From the NCBI GenBank assembly GCA_963802415.1, contig CAWDIH010000001.1, positions 225,397 through 289,396 of the forward strand: DNA of 64,000 nucleotides. Direction: 5' to 3'. The notes beneath the pieces are model-generated. The model made no database searches, had not been told where the DNA came from, and saw only the letters and a program-made list of their open reading frames with translations. This DNA comes from an uncultured Acidimicrobiia bacterium. Lineage in GTDB: Bacteria > Actinomycetota > Acidimicrobiia > Acidimicrobiales > JACDCH01. The translations under genes and the position numbers were made by a program. Shown here piece by piece: positions 9,976 to 20,827 of this stretch. How positions within the stretch are numbered: the stretch's first letter is position 1; each line of letters starts with the position of its first letter.

Positions 9976-11244
9976 ATGTCAGCACGCGTTTCTTTGCGCA
10001 CGTCCATCGCGGCATTCGTCGTGGTCGCTTGTGTTGCCGCAGGTTGCAGCGAGAGCAGCAGCTCGAACGGCGGCGGCGGCGCTACGGCCCCGACGTCGAA
10101 TCCCTCGTGTACCGGTGCGCCGCTCAAGCTCGCCTCGATCGGGACCCTCAGCGGTCCCTTGTCGTACCCGAGCCTCGCGACCGAGGCGCAGAACGGACAG
10201 AACGCTGCACTCCGCGCCGTGAACAGCGAGTGTGCACTCGGAAGACCCATCGACCTCGTCGTGTGCGACGACAAGTCCGACGCAAACGAGGCGACGAAAT
10301 GCGGCCGCCAAGCGCACGACGACGGCTCCCTCGCGCTCTTCGGATCGAGCGGTACATACCCTGACGGCACGAGCGCCGCAAACCTGCCGGGCATCCTCAC
10401 CGGGGGTGGAAGCGTGTTCGACTTGACCGATCCGAGGTCGTTCTCGATCAGCTCCCCGCTGACGCTCGTCGTCGGCGGCTCGGCGACTGCGGCCGCCGCC
10501 GGCGTCCACGACGCCCTGATGGTCTCCATAGACAGTGCCGCGACGAGGACGTTCGTTCAGACTTCTCAGCAAGTCGCGCAAGGACAGAACGTGAAGTTGG
10601 ACTCGCTGTTCATCCCGCCCGACACGACCGACTTCGCGCCGGTCGCGGCCCAGATCGCGAACCGCAAGCCGAGCGGTCTCGGCTTGATCCTGACGACGCA
10701 GATCGTGCCGTTCTTCAACGCACTCGCTGACGAAGGGATCTCGCCGCATGACATCCCGATCTTCACTGCTGTGACCTTGATGCCGCCGGAGGTGCTGAAG
10801 CAGCTCGGCAGCAAGGCCGACGGTGTCTACCTGCTCACGCAGCAGGCGCCTCCGTCGGACAGTGACAACCCTGGCATCCAGCAGATGCTGACGGAGCTCA
10901 AGGCCGCGGGGCTCCCCTCGAACGGTGACGAGCTCAGCCCTGCCAGCACCGGCGCGTGGGCGAATGTGCATGCGCTCGTCGACATCCTGAAGAAGCTCCC
11001 ACCGTCGGAGATCGCGACGCTCGACTCGGCCAAGCTTGTAGACGCCATGGCGAAGGCGGGGCCGATCAACCGTCCGGAGATCGCACCGTTCGACTTCACC
11101 AAGACTGCGTTCCCCGACATCTCGTCCCTGTCCGCGTTCCGCATCTTCACACGAGACGCGATGGTCACGCGGGTCGAAAACGGGAAGTACGTCCGCGTCT
11201 CACCCTTCAGTGACGCGACGAAGCCGTTCAAGCTCGAGAACTGA
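9976..11244 (+). CDS. ABC transporter substrate-binding lipoprotein (LivK/PBP1 type)
   Basis: Lipobox 'VAAG-C', a Ser/Gly linker and the PBP1 motif 'GRPIDLVVCDDKSD'. Lies upstream of Liv-type permeases. Confidence 0.88.
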   Translation: MSARVSLRTSIAAFVVVACVAAGCSESSSSNGGGGATAPTSNPSCTGAPLKLASIGTLSGPLSYPSLATEAQNGQNAALRAVNSECALGRPIDLVVCDDKSDANEATKCGRQAHDDGSLALFGSSGTYPDGTSAANLPGILTGGGSVFDLTDPRSFSISSPLTLVVGGSATAAAAGVHDALMVSIDSAATRTFVQTSQQVAQGQNVKLDSLFIPPDTTDFAPVAAQIANRKPSGLGLILTTQIVPFFNALADEGISPHDIPIFTAVTLMPPEVLKQLGSKADGVYLLTQQAPPSDSDNPGIQQMLTELKAAGLPSNGDELSPASTGAWANVHALVDILKKLPPSEIATLDSAKLVDAMAKAGPINRPEIAPFDFTKTAFPDISSLSAFRIFTRDAMVTRVENGKYVRVSPFSDATKPFKLEN

Positions 11245-11246
11245 AC

Positions 11247-14019
11247 GTGCTCCTCGCGACCGAGTTCCTCAGCCAGACCACGCTGAGGTTCGTCCTCCTC
11301 GGGATGGCAACCGGTGCACTCACGGCGCTCGTCGCATTGTCGCTCGTCATCGTGTACCGGGTGTCAGGCGTCCTCAACTTCGCCGCCGCCGCGCTCGGTG
11401 CCGTTGGCGCGTTCGTCTGCTACTCGCTACGCGACGATCATGGCTGGCCCGTGCCGCTGGCCCTCGCCGGCGGGCTGGCCGTCGGGGTGGCGTTGGGCAT
11501 GCTCACGTACGCGATCATGGCGGTGCTTCGTGAGACATCACTGCTCAGCCGGCTGATCGCAACGCTCGCGCTGCTGAGCGCAGCGCAAAGCGCGATGCTC
11601 GTCACCTGGAGCAACCAGCTCAGCGCGCCGACGTCGCTGCTGCCTGACCGGTCGATCGTGATCGTGGGCGACCTTCGCATCTCGCAGGACCGTCTGATAC
11701 TCATCGGGGTCGTACTCGCGCTGGCCGTCGGGTTGCGCTTCGTGTACAGCGGCACGTTGTTCGGTCTGGCGACGTCAGCGGTCTCCGAGAACCGTCGCGT
11801 CGCAGCCATCGCACGATGGGCACCGAACAGGGTCGAGTTCGTCAACTATGTGATCGCCGGCTTCCTCTCTGCGCTCGCGGCCATCTTGCTGGCACCCATC
11901 GTGGGACTGAACGCGACGGTCCTGTCGATCGCCGTTCTTCCCGCGCTGGCTGCCGCGCTCGTCGGACGGTTCTCCTCGTTCGCCCTCACGGTCATCGCCG
12001 CGCTCGTGATCGCCGTCATCCAGAGCGAGCTCTCGTTGTTCCAGCCTGACCTCGCGCACGCGTTCTCGGTGAGCACCGCTTCGCTCACCGGCCTCACCCA
12101 GGCTGTCCCGCTGATCATCATCCTGATCGTGACGGTGTTCTCGGGCCGCGCTCGGCCCACGCGTGGTGAGGTGGCTGCGCGACTTCCGTTGCCGGGAAGC
12201 GGCCGGGTGGCACGCGTCCCGCTCGCGGTGGGCATCGCCGCTGCAGTCGTGATGATCATCGGCGTACCGAGCTACGCGGACGCTCTCATCGTGACGTTCG
12301 GGATCGGCATCATCATCGCGTCCGTCGTCGTGGTCTCCGGATACGCGGGGCAGCTGTCGCTGTGCCAGTACACGCTGGCGGGATTCGGGGCATGGGCTGC
12401 AGCCCGAACTGCCAACAGCTTCGACGTTCCTTTCGCCCTTGCCGTCGTTGTGGGCGTGGTCGTCGCGACAGCGATCGGCGTGCTGGTGGCCCTTCCCGCC
12501 ATCCGCACGCGGGGAGTCACGTTGGCCATCGTCACCTTGGCGCTGTCACTCGTCTTCAGCGCGCTGATCTTCCAGAACGCGTCGCTCACCGGCGGCTTCG
12601 AAGGGATCCGCGTGCACAGTCCGGAGATCTTCGGCTACGACCTCGATCCGTTCGCGCACCCGCAACGGTACGCAGCGCTCATGCTCCTCGCCCTGCTCGC
12701 AACGTCATTCGTCGTGGCGAACCTTCGAGTAGGAGCAACCGGGCGCCGGATGATCGCGGTGAGGAGCAACGAGCGGGCCGCCGCCGCGCTCGGCATCAGC
12801 GTGGTCGGCGTCAAGCTCTACGCCTTCGCGGTCGGCGCCGGCATCGCGGCGCTCGGAGGCATCCTGCTCGCCTTCCGCCAGACGAACGTGCAGTTCAGCT
12901 CCTTCGATGTCTTCGGTTCGATCCTCCTGGTGCAATACGCGGTCATCGGCGGTCTCGGCTGGATCTCCGGCGTCGTCCTCGGCACGGGCGCGGCACCCGG
13001 CGCCATCGCCACGCGGATCACGAACGACCTCCTGCCGAACCTCGACAACGTCGCTGCGTGGATCGCCATCTTCAGCGCCATCGGCGTGGTCCAGCTCCTC
13101 CGCCAGGCGCCGGACGGCGTGGCATCGATGTGGGCGAGAATCGGCACACGCCTGTCCCGGCATCGTGTTGCAGCACCAGCGGCAACCGCTCGCGTCGCCC
13201 CGCCGGAGTTCCGACTGACCGGGCGTGATCTCGAGGTCCGCGGCGTGTCGGTTCGCTTCGGTGGTGTCATGGCGGTGGACGACGTCTCCTTCGAAGTGCC
13301 GCCCGGTGAGGTGCTGGGACTCATCGGTCCGAACGGCGCCGGGAAGACGACATTGTTGGACGTCATCACCGGTTTCACCCGCCAGCAGTCCGGGCTGGTG
13401 CTGTTCGATGGCGTGGACGTGTCCACGTGGAACCCGGAGCGACGGGCGCGGGCCGGCATTGCGCGCTCATGGCAAGGGGTCGAGCTCTTCGAGGAGCTGA
13501 CCGTCCGCGACAACCTGCTCGTGGCCGAGGACAGCAGATCCCGTCGGTCGTACGTCCGCGATCTGGTGTGGCGTGACCGCCGGCCGCTGTCGGCCGTCGC
13601 CGAGTCGGTCGTCGAAGAACTCGGTCTCCGCCCGGCTCTCGACCAACGACCGACCACGCTTCCTCACGGCCTCATCAAACTGGTCGGGATCGCCCGGACG
13701 ATCATCTCGAATCCCGGCGTCGTGCTCCTCGACGAACCGGCCGCGGGCTTGGACCACGAAGAGAGTCGTGAGCTGGCCACGCTCATCCGGAACTTCGCGC
13801 AGCGCCATGGCGTCGCGGTCGTCGTCATCGAGCACGACATGGCGCTGATCCTCAACACGTGCGATCGAATCGTCGCGCTCGACTTCGGTCGCAAGATCGC
13901 CGATGGGACGCCACCGCGAGATCCAGACCGATCAGGTAGTGATCGAGGCTTATCTCGGCGAACCGATCGAAGATGCACCTCCAGCACGGCCGGCAGCCGT
14001 CGAGATGGGCAGCTCGTGA
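11247..14019 (+). CDS. Fused branched-chain-type ABC permease-permease-ATPase (LivH-LivM-LivG), frameshift near 13915
   Basis: Two BPD_transp_2 blocks ('GVLNFA', 'GYAGQLSL'), Walker A GPNGAGKT and LLDEP. The conserved tail 'EIQTDQVVIEAYLG' lies in another frame and ends at TGA 14017-14019. Confidence 0.85.
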
Positions 14020-14708
14020 GCGCGCTTGTCGAAGCCAAAGGACTCGTGGCCGGATACGGCAAGGTGATCATCGTGCGTGACCTGGATCTCGAGATCCGGG
14101 AAGGTGAGCTCGTCGCATTGCTCGGGCCCAACGGAACCGGCAAGACGACCACCATTCTCACCTTGGCCGGAGACCTCGCCCCCCTCGGCGGCACCGTCCA
14201 ATGTCTGGGCCTCGACCAGACGTCATCGCTGCACCAGCGTGCCCGCGCCGGGCTCGCGCTGGTCACGGACGCGCGCGCCGTGTTGACACGTATGACAGTG
14301 GCCGAGAACCTTCGGGTGTTCCGCACGACGCCCGAGGCGGTGGTCGAACTCTTCCCGGAGCTGGAGGCGCACTTCGACAGACGAGTCGCGCTCTTGTCGG
14401 GCGGGCAGCAGCAGATGCTCGCGCTCGGTCTCGCGCTGTCCCGTCGTCCGGCTGTAGTCCTGGCCGACGAGTTGTCCATGGGCCTCGGGCCGATCATCGT
14501 CGACCGTCTGTTCGCCGCACTTCGAACCGCAGCCGACGGCGGCGCTGGTGTGCTGCTGGTCGAACAACACGTCCACAAAGCGATGACCATCGCCGACCGC
14601 GTCTACGTCATGGATCGGGGGCGCATCTCGATCAGCGGCACAGCTGATGACGTGCGGCAACAGGTCGACGCCATCCAGTCGTCCTACCTCGCCGATAGGT
14701 CAGCGTGA
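14016..14708 (+). CDS. ABC transporter ATP-binding protein (LivF-like)
   Basis: GTG start overlaps the upstream TGA. Motifs GPNGTGKT, LSGGQQQML, DELSMGL and VEQH. Confidence 0.88.
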   Translation: MSALVEAKGLVAGYGKVIIVRDLDLEIREGELVALLGPNGTGKTTTILTLAGDLAPLGGTVQCLGLDQTSSLHQRARAGLALVTDARAVLTRMTVAENLRVFRTTPEAVVELFPELEAHFDRRVALLSGGQQQMLALGLALSRRPAVVLADELSMGLGPIIVDRLFAALRTAADGGAGVLLVEQHVHKAMTIADRVYVMDRGRISISGTADDVRQQVDAIQSSYLADRSA

Positions 14709-15325
14709 CGACGCAGGGCGCGCCATCTCGCTGAGGAGGCGAGCGAGAAAACGCTGCCATGCCTCGCTGTCGGGGACCGGTTGCCCGGCACCACGCTGCA
14801 CCAAGAGACCGAGTTGCAGTGTCTCGATGAAGTACACGATCGACTCGAAGTCGGCCTTCGGGCTGGCGGAGCCCTCTGCGATGGCACGCTGCACCAACGG
14901 CTCGACGATGGTCGTACGGAATCGCTTGCGGTTCTCAGCGATGGCGCTGGCGATGTTCGGCTCCCTCCCGCGGCGATGAAGGCTTCGAGCTGCATGGCCT
15001 CGACGTCGTCGAGCGGACCTTCGGCGCGGCTTGCCTCGACCATCGCCTGGGCGACGGTCCTTCCCTCGAACCGCTGCGCGATCGCGTTCTTCTCGACCTG
15101 GCGCAGGATCGCCTCCATCAAGAGCTCGTCCTTCGACGCGAAGCGGCCGTACACCGCGCCGCTGGACAGGTCCGCGGCCTTCACGATGTCCATGATCTTG
15201 GTACCGAAGTAGCCCTTCGACGCGAACACCTCCGCGGCAGCGTCGAGCAACTCCGCGCGCAAAGGGTCGTCGTCGGTGTTCGCGCCGGAGTCGTCTACGG
15301 CGCTGTCGCTGCTGGCGTCGCCCAC
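14700..15325 (-). CDS. TetR family regulator, frameshift near 14965
   Basis: The HTH 'LLDAAAEVFASKGYFGTKIMDIVKAADLSSGAVYGRF' is in one frame and the C-terminus 'REPNIASAIAE...' in another. Start is approximate. Confidence 0.8.
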
Positions 15326-15353
15326 GAGCCGCGAGGCTACGCCCGCCCCAACA

Positions 15354-15398
15354 GGTGTGTGCGTGAAACGACGCCACAGGTCGCTAAGTGCACAACCC
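15354..15398. repeat. 45-bp imperfect palindrome, copy 2
   Basis: GGTGTGTGCGTGAAACGACGCCACAGG...; same family as 9861..9905. Confidence 0.6.
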
Positions 15399-15409
15399 CT
15401 GGCCAAGCG

Positions 15410-17085
15410 TCAGCGGCGACCTCGCACCAATCGTCCCGGCAATGTGCCGGTCGGCTCACCGTTCGCATAAGTCTCCACGCCGGAGACGAACGTGTGCAGG
15501 TAGCCATCCGCTCGCTGCAGGAATCGGCGTCCGCCCGCGGGGAGATCGAACGCGAGGTACGGGCGCCGAGCGCGCACTGCGTCGTGGTCGATCACGTTGA
15601 GGTCGGCTCGTAGCCCCGGTTCGAGGGCACCCCGGTCGAGCAGACCCACTGTCTCGGCCGTGGCGCGGCACTGTCGCGCGACGAGCCACTCGAGCGGCAA
15701 GCCCGGCTCGCGGTCACGACCCCAGTAGGCGAGCAGAGTCGTCGGATAGCTCGCGTCGCAGATCGTTCCGACATGCGCGCCGCCATCGGACAATCCCGGG
15801 ACAAGGTACGGGTCGGCGAGCATGGTGCCGATGGCGTCGAGCGAGCCGTCGACCCAGTTGTGGAAGGGCAGGTAGAGCAAGCCGTTCCCGCCGTCGGCGA
15901 GGAGGAGGTCGAGCGCGATCTCGGCCGGCTCGACTCCAGCGCGGGCAGCGAGCGACGCCACGCTGTCCCGGGGTGCCGGCTCGTAGTTGGGCGGATCGGT
16001 GAGGTTGTAGATGCGCTCGAACGCCCAGGGCGCTCCATGCGATGCGACCTGGGCGATCAAGGCCGCGCGCCGATCCGGGTCGGACAGCGCCTCCACCCGC
16101 TCGTCGAACGGCAGCGTTGACACCTCGCGGTACGCCGGTGCACCCGAGAACGGATTGAACGTCGTCTGCAATCCGAGCACGACACCGATCGCGCGAGCGC
16201 CCACCTGGCCGCGCATCGTCAGCCCGTCAACGGCCGCCCCCGCGATGCGATCCCGAAGCGCAGTCCACGGCGCACGGTGATCTTCCGCCGCCACCGAAAT
16301 CGACAGCGCGCATCCGGACGCCTCGACCATTTCCCGCATCAGAGCGAACTCGGCGTCGACGTCGGTGAAGTCCGAGACGACTTGGAGGACGCCGGTACCG
16401 GCGATGGCGCGGGCGATCCCGACGAGCTCGTCGCCTGCGGCGCGCAATGTTGGTGTCGGTTCACCCCGACTCGTGCGGTGGTTGGTCGTGCGCGACGTCG
16501 TGAACCCGAGAGCACCGGCTGCGATCGCCTCACGAGCGATCCACCCCATCGCTTCGATGTCCTCGACAGTCGCGGGCTCCCCGCGCGCCCGCGCTCGCCC
16601 ATCACATAGAGGCGGACGGCACCATGCGGCACTTGGGCAGCCACGTCGATGTCGAAGGACCGCGCCGACAAGTGGTCGAGGTACTCGCCGAATGTCTCCC
16701 AGCTCCACGGGATGCCCTCGTGCAGCGCGGTGCCGGGAATGTCCTCGACGCCTTCCATCAGCTCGATGATCCGATCGTGGTCGTCGCGCCGGCAGGGCGC
16801 GAACCCGACGCCGCAATTGCCCATCACCACCGTCGTGACGCCGTGCCACGACGAAGGCACCAACCGGTCGTCCCAAGTGACTTGGCCGTCGTAGTGGGTA
16901 TGGATGTCCACGAAGCCGGGCGTGACCAGGGCGCCGTCGGCATCGATGACGCGCCGCGCCGAACCGTCCACGTCTCCGACCGCGACGATGACTTCCTCGT
17001 CCACGGCGACGTCCGCAGTGCGCGGCGGCCGACCGGTGCCGTCGACCACAGTGCCGCCACGGATGAGCAGGTCGTGGTGCGCCAC
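15410..17085 (-). CDS. N-acyl-D-amino-acid deacylase family amidohydrolase, frameshift near 16590
   Basis: '[13 protein letters not shown]', '[11 protein letters not shown]', 'GNCGVGFAP', then 'SDGGAHVG' and 'PGRLVRG' in the second frame. Confidence 0.9.
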
Positions 17086-17225
17086 GGCGGCGAAGTCTAC
17101 GGCTGTACCTCAGTGGGGCGATGAGTTCCGCGAGTCCGTGAAGTCCGTCTACCGATCCGCGCCGACGGTGACTGTCGTGCATTGACACAGCCAGGAGACG
17201 AGTCAATGCACGATCGTCGGACGCG

Positions 17226-19250
17226 TCACGGGTGACAGGGATCGCTGCCGCACTCGTCGACGAACGCGCCGTCGACCTGCAAGAACCGCGAGACCTGGTC
17301 GCGCACGGCCGCGACGTTGCGTGCGGCACCGTGCGGGTCGCTGCCGAATTGCGGCGGCCGGGGCGGAACGCTCTCGATGGGCGGCGCAGGCGTGCCGAAG
17401 TCCCACAGCTCCAGCACCGAACCGGCGAACGGCGACGATGGCACCGCAGGGATTCCCCACATCGGCGTCACGTCGTTGCTGCGGCCGGGTGCGATGACCG
17501 GCTGTCGCACGAACGCGCCGATCGTGCGCGCCTCAGTCTCGGTCCCGATGTTCGCGACCTGATGGTCGCCGAACGCCTCGATGAGCATCACTTGGTGGTT
17601 CGGCGTCCCCGGATACGGGTCCGAGATCATGTGTTGCGCGTAGCCGTTCGGCTCACCGCGGTCCCACAGGATCTGATTCATTGCGACCCCCAACGTGTAC
17701 CGGCTCTGGTCGGGATACGACACCTTCAGCAACGCGAGGAACGGGTCGAAGTCGATGCTGCGCGGCAACAAGACGCTGTAGTTCATCGCGGGGACACCCA
17801 GCACGGCACGAGTCCATTCCTTCGAGATAGCGGTGGCCGCGCCGCCGAATATCCCGCCCTGGCTGTTCCCGTTGTAGAACACCTGGTTCGGAACGAGCGG
17901 CGACGCCGCGGGCGTGCCGACCTGGAACGCCGGGTTCGCGCCGAAGCCACGCGGATCCTTCAACAACCGCGCCAGGAACTGCATGTTCAGCAGGCCTTGC
18001 TGGAGACGATCGGGTACCGACGCGAACGTCGAGAAGTCGGCGATCGTGCGGACGATGTTCGGGATGTCATCCTGCGCCATGCCGATCTCGGGCGTCGCGC
18101 AGATCAACATGTCGAACTGGTTGATGAAGGGCGCGAACCCTTCGATCTCGTTCGTGCCACCGAGCAGACCGTGCCCGTACGCGAGCCCACGCCCGGGGTT
18201 CGCCTTGCCGTCGGCGCCGACCGCTGAAGCAGGGATTAGACAGCGGAACTCGGCGTGGAACGTCCCGACACTCATGGGCAGCCCGTCGGCGCCGAGAACC
18301 AGGCGTCCACCGGGCGCGCCACCGTTCGTCATGTAGAGCGGAACGTCGAATGTCCCCCGCACGCGACGCAGCACGTTGCTGTTCGGGTTCTGGTCCACTT
18401 GGGTCACGTTCACGACGGGCACTCCGTTGCCGAGCTGCGCGTACGCGTCGTCGCGCATGTGCAGCATCCCGCCCGCGAGGTTCTGCTCGCTCCCTACGGT
18501 GAAGTCCCACGCGAGGTAGAGGCTCTGGCGGTGCACGCCCACACGTTGCAATCCGGCGAGGATCCTGTTCATCGCCTGGCGGCGCTGGATGACGGCTGGG
18601 TCGAAGCTCGGCCGGTGGTCACGGAACGTCACGAACGCCGGTGATGCGGGAATGACGTTGCCGCCGGGGTCCCTCATGTTCCGCAGCGCCACGATGATGT
18701 GGTGTCCCTCGGCGAAGTTGCGCGCCGGCCGGACCACCAACGCCCGAGTCGACCGGTCGGGGTTCCACGTGTCGAGCTCCGCCCAGTACGGAACGCGCGC
18801 TCCGGTGTCCGTGTCGAGGAGGACGATCGGCGCGTCCGGATCGAGCGAGCGGGCGATGTCAGTGATCGGCGCCGCGCCCGTTTGCGCGAGGTCGATGCCG
18901 GGGACGCGGGCGATGACTGTGGACCCCGGACTGAACCCGTCGCTGCGGTTCATGTCCGTCGGGTCGACATGAACACCCATGCCGTTGGCGGGCATCTTGT
19001 CGCGCGGGTAGTTCAGACGGTGGCCTGTCGCCTTCGACGAGTCAGGCGTTGTGAAGAAGTCGTCGGGGAACGGGGTCAAGCACTCCGTCGTGTCGATGGG
19101 ATCACACGCGGCAACCGACGGCTGCTTCTTCAACTGGCCAGCCGGTCCCCCGTGCGGATTCTCGGCTCCGCCCGGCCCGGCGGCGAACGTCATCGCGACA
19201 ACCAAAGCGGTCGCGACCGCGACAGACGTCACGACTCGGTTTCGACCCAT
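17226..19250 (-). CDS. Large secreted alpha/beta-hydrolase-like protein (lipase-like)
   Basis: Signal peptide, N-terminal 'PFPDDFFT...DGFSP' domain, nucleophile elbow GNSQG, candidate Asp (GDHQV) and His (DPHG). Confidence 0.75.
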   Translation of the reverse strand: MGRNRVVTSVAVATALVVAMTFAAGPGGAENPHGGPAGQLKKQPSVAACDPIDTTECLTPFPDDFFTTPDSSKATGHRLNYPRDKMPANGMGVHVDPTDMNRSDGFSPGSTVIARVPGIDLAQTGAAPITDIARSLDPDAPIVLLDTDTGARVPYWAELDTWNPDRSTRALVVRPARNFAEGHHIIVALRNMRDPGGNVIPASPAFVTFRDHRPSFDPAVIQRRQAMNRILAGLQRVGVHRQSLYLAWDFTVGSEQNLAGGMLHMRDDAYAQLGNGVPVVNVTQVDQNPNSNVLRRVRGTFDVPLYMTNGGAPGGRLVLGADGLPMSVGTFHAEFRCLIPASAVGADGKANPGRGLAYGHGLLGGTNEIEGFAPFINQFDMLICATPEIGMAQDDIPNIVRTIADFSTFASVPDRLQQGLLNMQFLARLLKDPRGFGANPAFQVGTPAASPLVPNQVFYNGNSQGGIFGGAATAISKEWTRAVLGVPAMNYSVLLPRSIDFDPFLALLKVSYPDQSRYTLGVAMNQILWDRGEPNGYAQHMISDPYPGTPNHQVMLIEAFGDHQVANIGTETEARTIGAFVRQPVIAPGRSNDVTPMWGIPAVPSSPFAGSVLELWDFGTPAPPIESVPPRPPQFGSDPHGAARNVAAVRDQVSRFLQVDGAFVDECGSDPCHP

Positions 19251-19297
19251 CCTCTACTCCCCCTGTAGGTGTGTTTCGATTCGCCTGGCACCGCTGG

Positions 19298-20069
19298 CTA
19301 GAGCGCGAAGCAGTTGAGGAAGATGGAGCGGTGGGCGAGCGCGTCCTGGATCCCGCTGTACACCGTGCCGTCGAGCGGGAGGCCGATGTGCCCGACCACC
19401 CGCAAGAAGCACGGAGACTGGACCAGCACGTTGCGGTTGTTGCCGTCGTTGTTGAGGAACGCGTTCCAGTACGGCGTCACGATCTCGTCGAGCGCAGACG
19501 CGATGTTCGTGTAGACGACGTTGCCGATGGTGTCGTCACCTGCATTGAGGTTCGCGAGGAACGACGATCCGATGGCCATCTGCTGGCATGCAACGACACC
19601 GAGGCAGGATCCGAGTCCGAGCAGCGTGGCGAGGTTCGCGAGCGACGTGCCGTAGTGCGGAGCACCGAGGCTGATCATGCTGTCGACCTCGTTCGCGCCG
19701 CCCAGGTTCTTGACGTAGTAGCGGCCCACGAGCCCACCCTGGGAGTGCCCGATCAGGTCGACGCGCGACGCGCCCGTCTCGCGCGCGCACTTGATCCGCG
19801 AAGCCGTTGAGCGCTTGCGAAGTGTCAGCGATGTCACCGAGACCGGCGCCGGGCAAGCCGAAGATGAACGCCTGATAGCCGTCAGCACGCAGCCGCGCGG
19901 CGAGCGGCGCGTAGTACACATCCGCTGTTCCTTCGCCCGCGAACGTTCCAGCGACGATGATCACCGGGTCCCTTGTGGTCTCCGCGCCGGCCGATGATGC
20001 GACCGTGGCGGGAACGACGAACGCAGCAGCAAAGACGACCACGGCCATGAACGACGCGCGAACTCGCAT
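19298..20069 (-). CDS. Secreted small lipase/esterase (Lipase_2-like), frameshift near 19790
   Basis: Signal peptide, 'DPVIIVAGT', then in the second frame GHSQGG, 'GAPHYGT', 'DEIVTP' and 'GHIGL'. Confidence 0.85.
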
Positions 20070-20152
20070 GGGACCCCCTCATGATCAGCCCGCGCGGCGA
20101 AGCCTTGCACACGACCGGCTCCGATGCTCGCACGACTACGCGCTGCGCTCTA

Positions 20153-20719
20153 TCACACCCGGAGTGCCGCGCGCGCAGGCGCGTGACGGACGTCGGACTC
20201 GTCGAGCGTCCTCGTCCAAGATGCGAACTCGAGCATCGTGTCGTTCGGGTCGCGGAAGTACATCGAGCGGATGAACACATCACCGTCGTCTATCGCGGAG
20301 TCGTAGTCCGGCTGGTGGCCGCCGTCGAGAGAGTTGGCGTGGTTGATGATCTCTGTGACCTGCACACCCTTGTCGAGCAGCCTTGCTCGGTACTCCTCCA
20401 TCTTCTCCGGCGGTACGTCGAAGGCGACGTGGTTCATCGAGCCGATCGCGCTCATGCCGTTGCGGCCCTGGATCGCCTCGCCGCGCACACCCTCGGGAGC
20501 CTCCGGGAACCAGAAGAACGCGATGCCGTCGGCGCCGTTGCCCATGTCGAGGAAGAAGTGCTGGCCCCGACCGCCCGGGAGCTCGAGGGTCTTGACGAGT
20601 CTCATACCGAGCACGTCCTCGTACCAGGCCACGGTCTCGGCCATGTCGCGACACACGAGCGCGAGGTGGTTGATGCCGCGCAACTCGAACTCGGTGTTGG
20701 TGTTGCCGGTCGCAGCCAT
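20153..20719 (-). CDS. VOC/glyoxalase family protein
   Basis: Motifs 'GINHLALVCRDM', 'MNHVAF' and 'SMYFRDPNDTMLEF'. Confidence 0.9.
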   Translation of the reverse strand: MAATGNTNTEFELRGINHLALVCRDMAETVAWYEDVLGMRLVKTLELPGGRGQHFFLDMGNGADGIAFFWFPEAPEGVRGEAIQGRNGMSAIGSMNHVAFDVPPEKMEEYRARLLDKGVQVTEIINHANSLDGGHQPDYDSAIDDGDVFIRSMYFRDPNDTMLEFASWTRTLDESDVRHAPARAALRV

Positions 20720-20810
20720 GGGCGCCTCCCCGAGACGTTTCCGCCATTGCACACCATCCGTCGCGATGGGGTCAAGACATCGCCGTCGTCCGGCAAGGCA
20801 GAAGCACACT

Positions 20811-20821
20811 TCGTATACAGT
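20811..20821 (+). promoter_or_regulatory. Candidate FadR/GntR operator (GTATAC) overlapping a -10 (TACAGT) of a probably leaderless gene
   Basis: The GTATAC palindrome lies in the divergent VOC/CMD spacer. TACAGT is 6 nt before GTG 20828, and a GntR gene follows. Confidence 0.45.
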
Positions 20822-20827
20822 CCTGCC

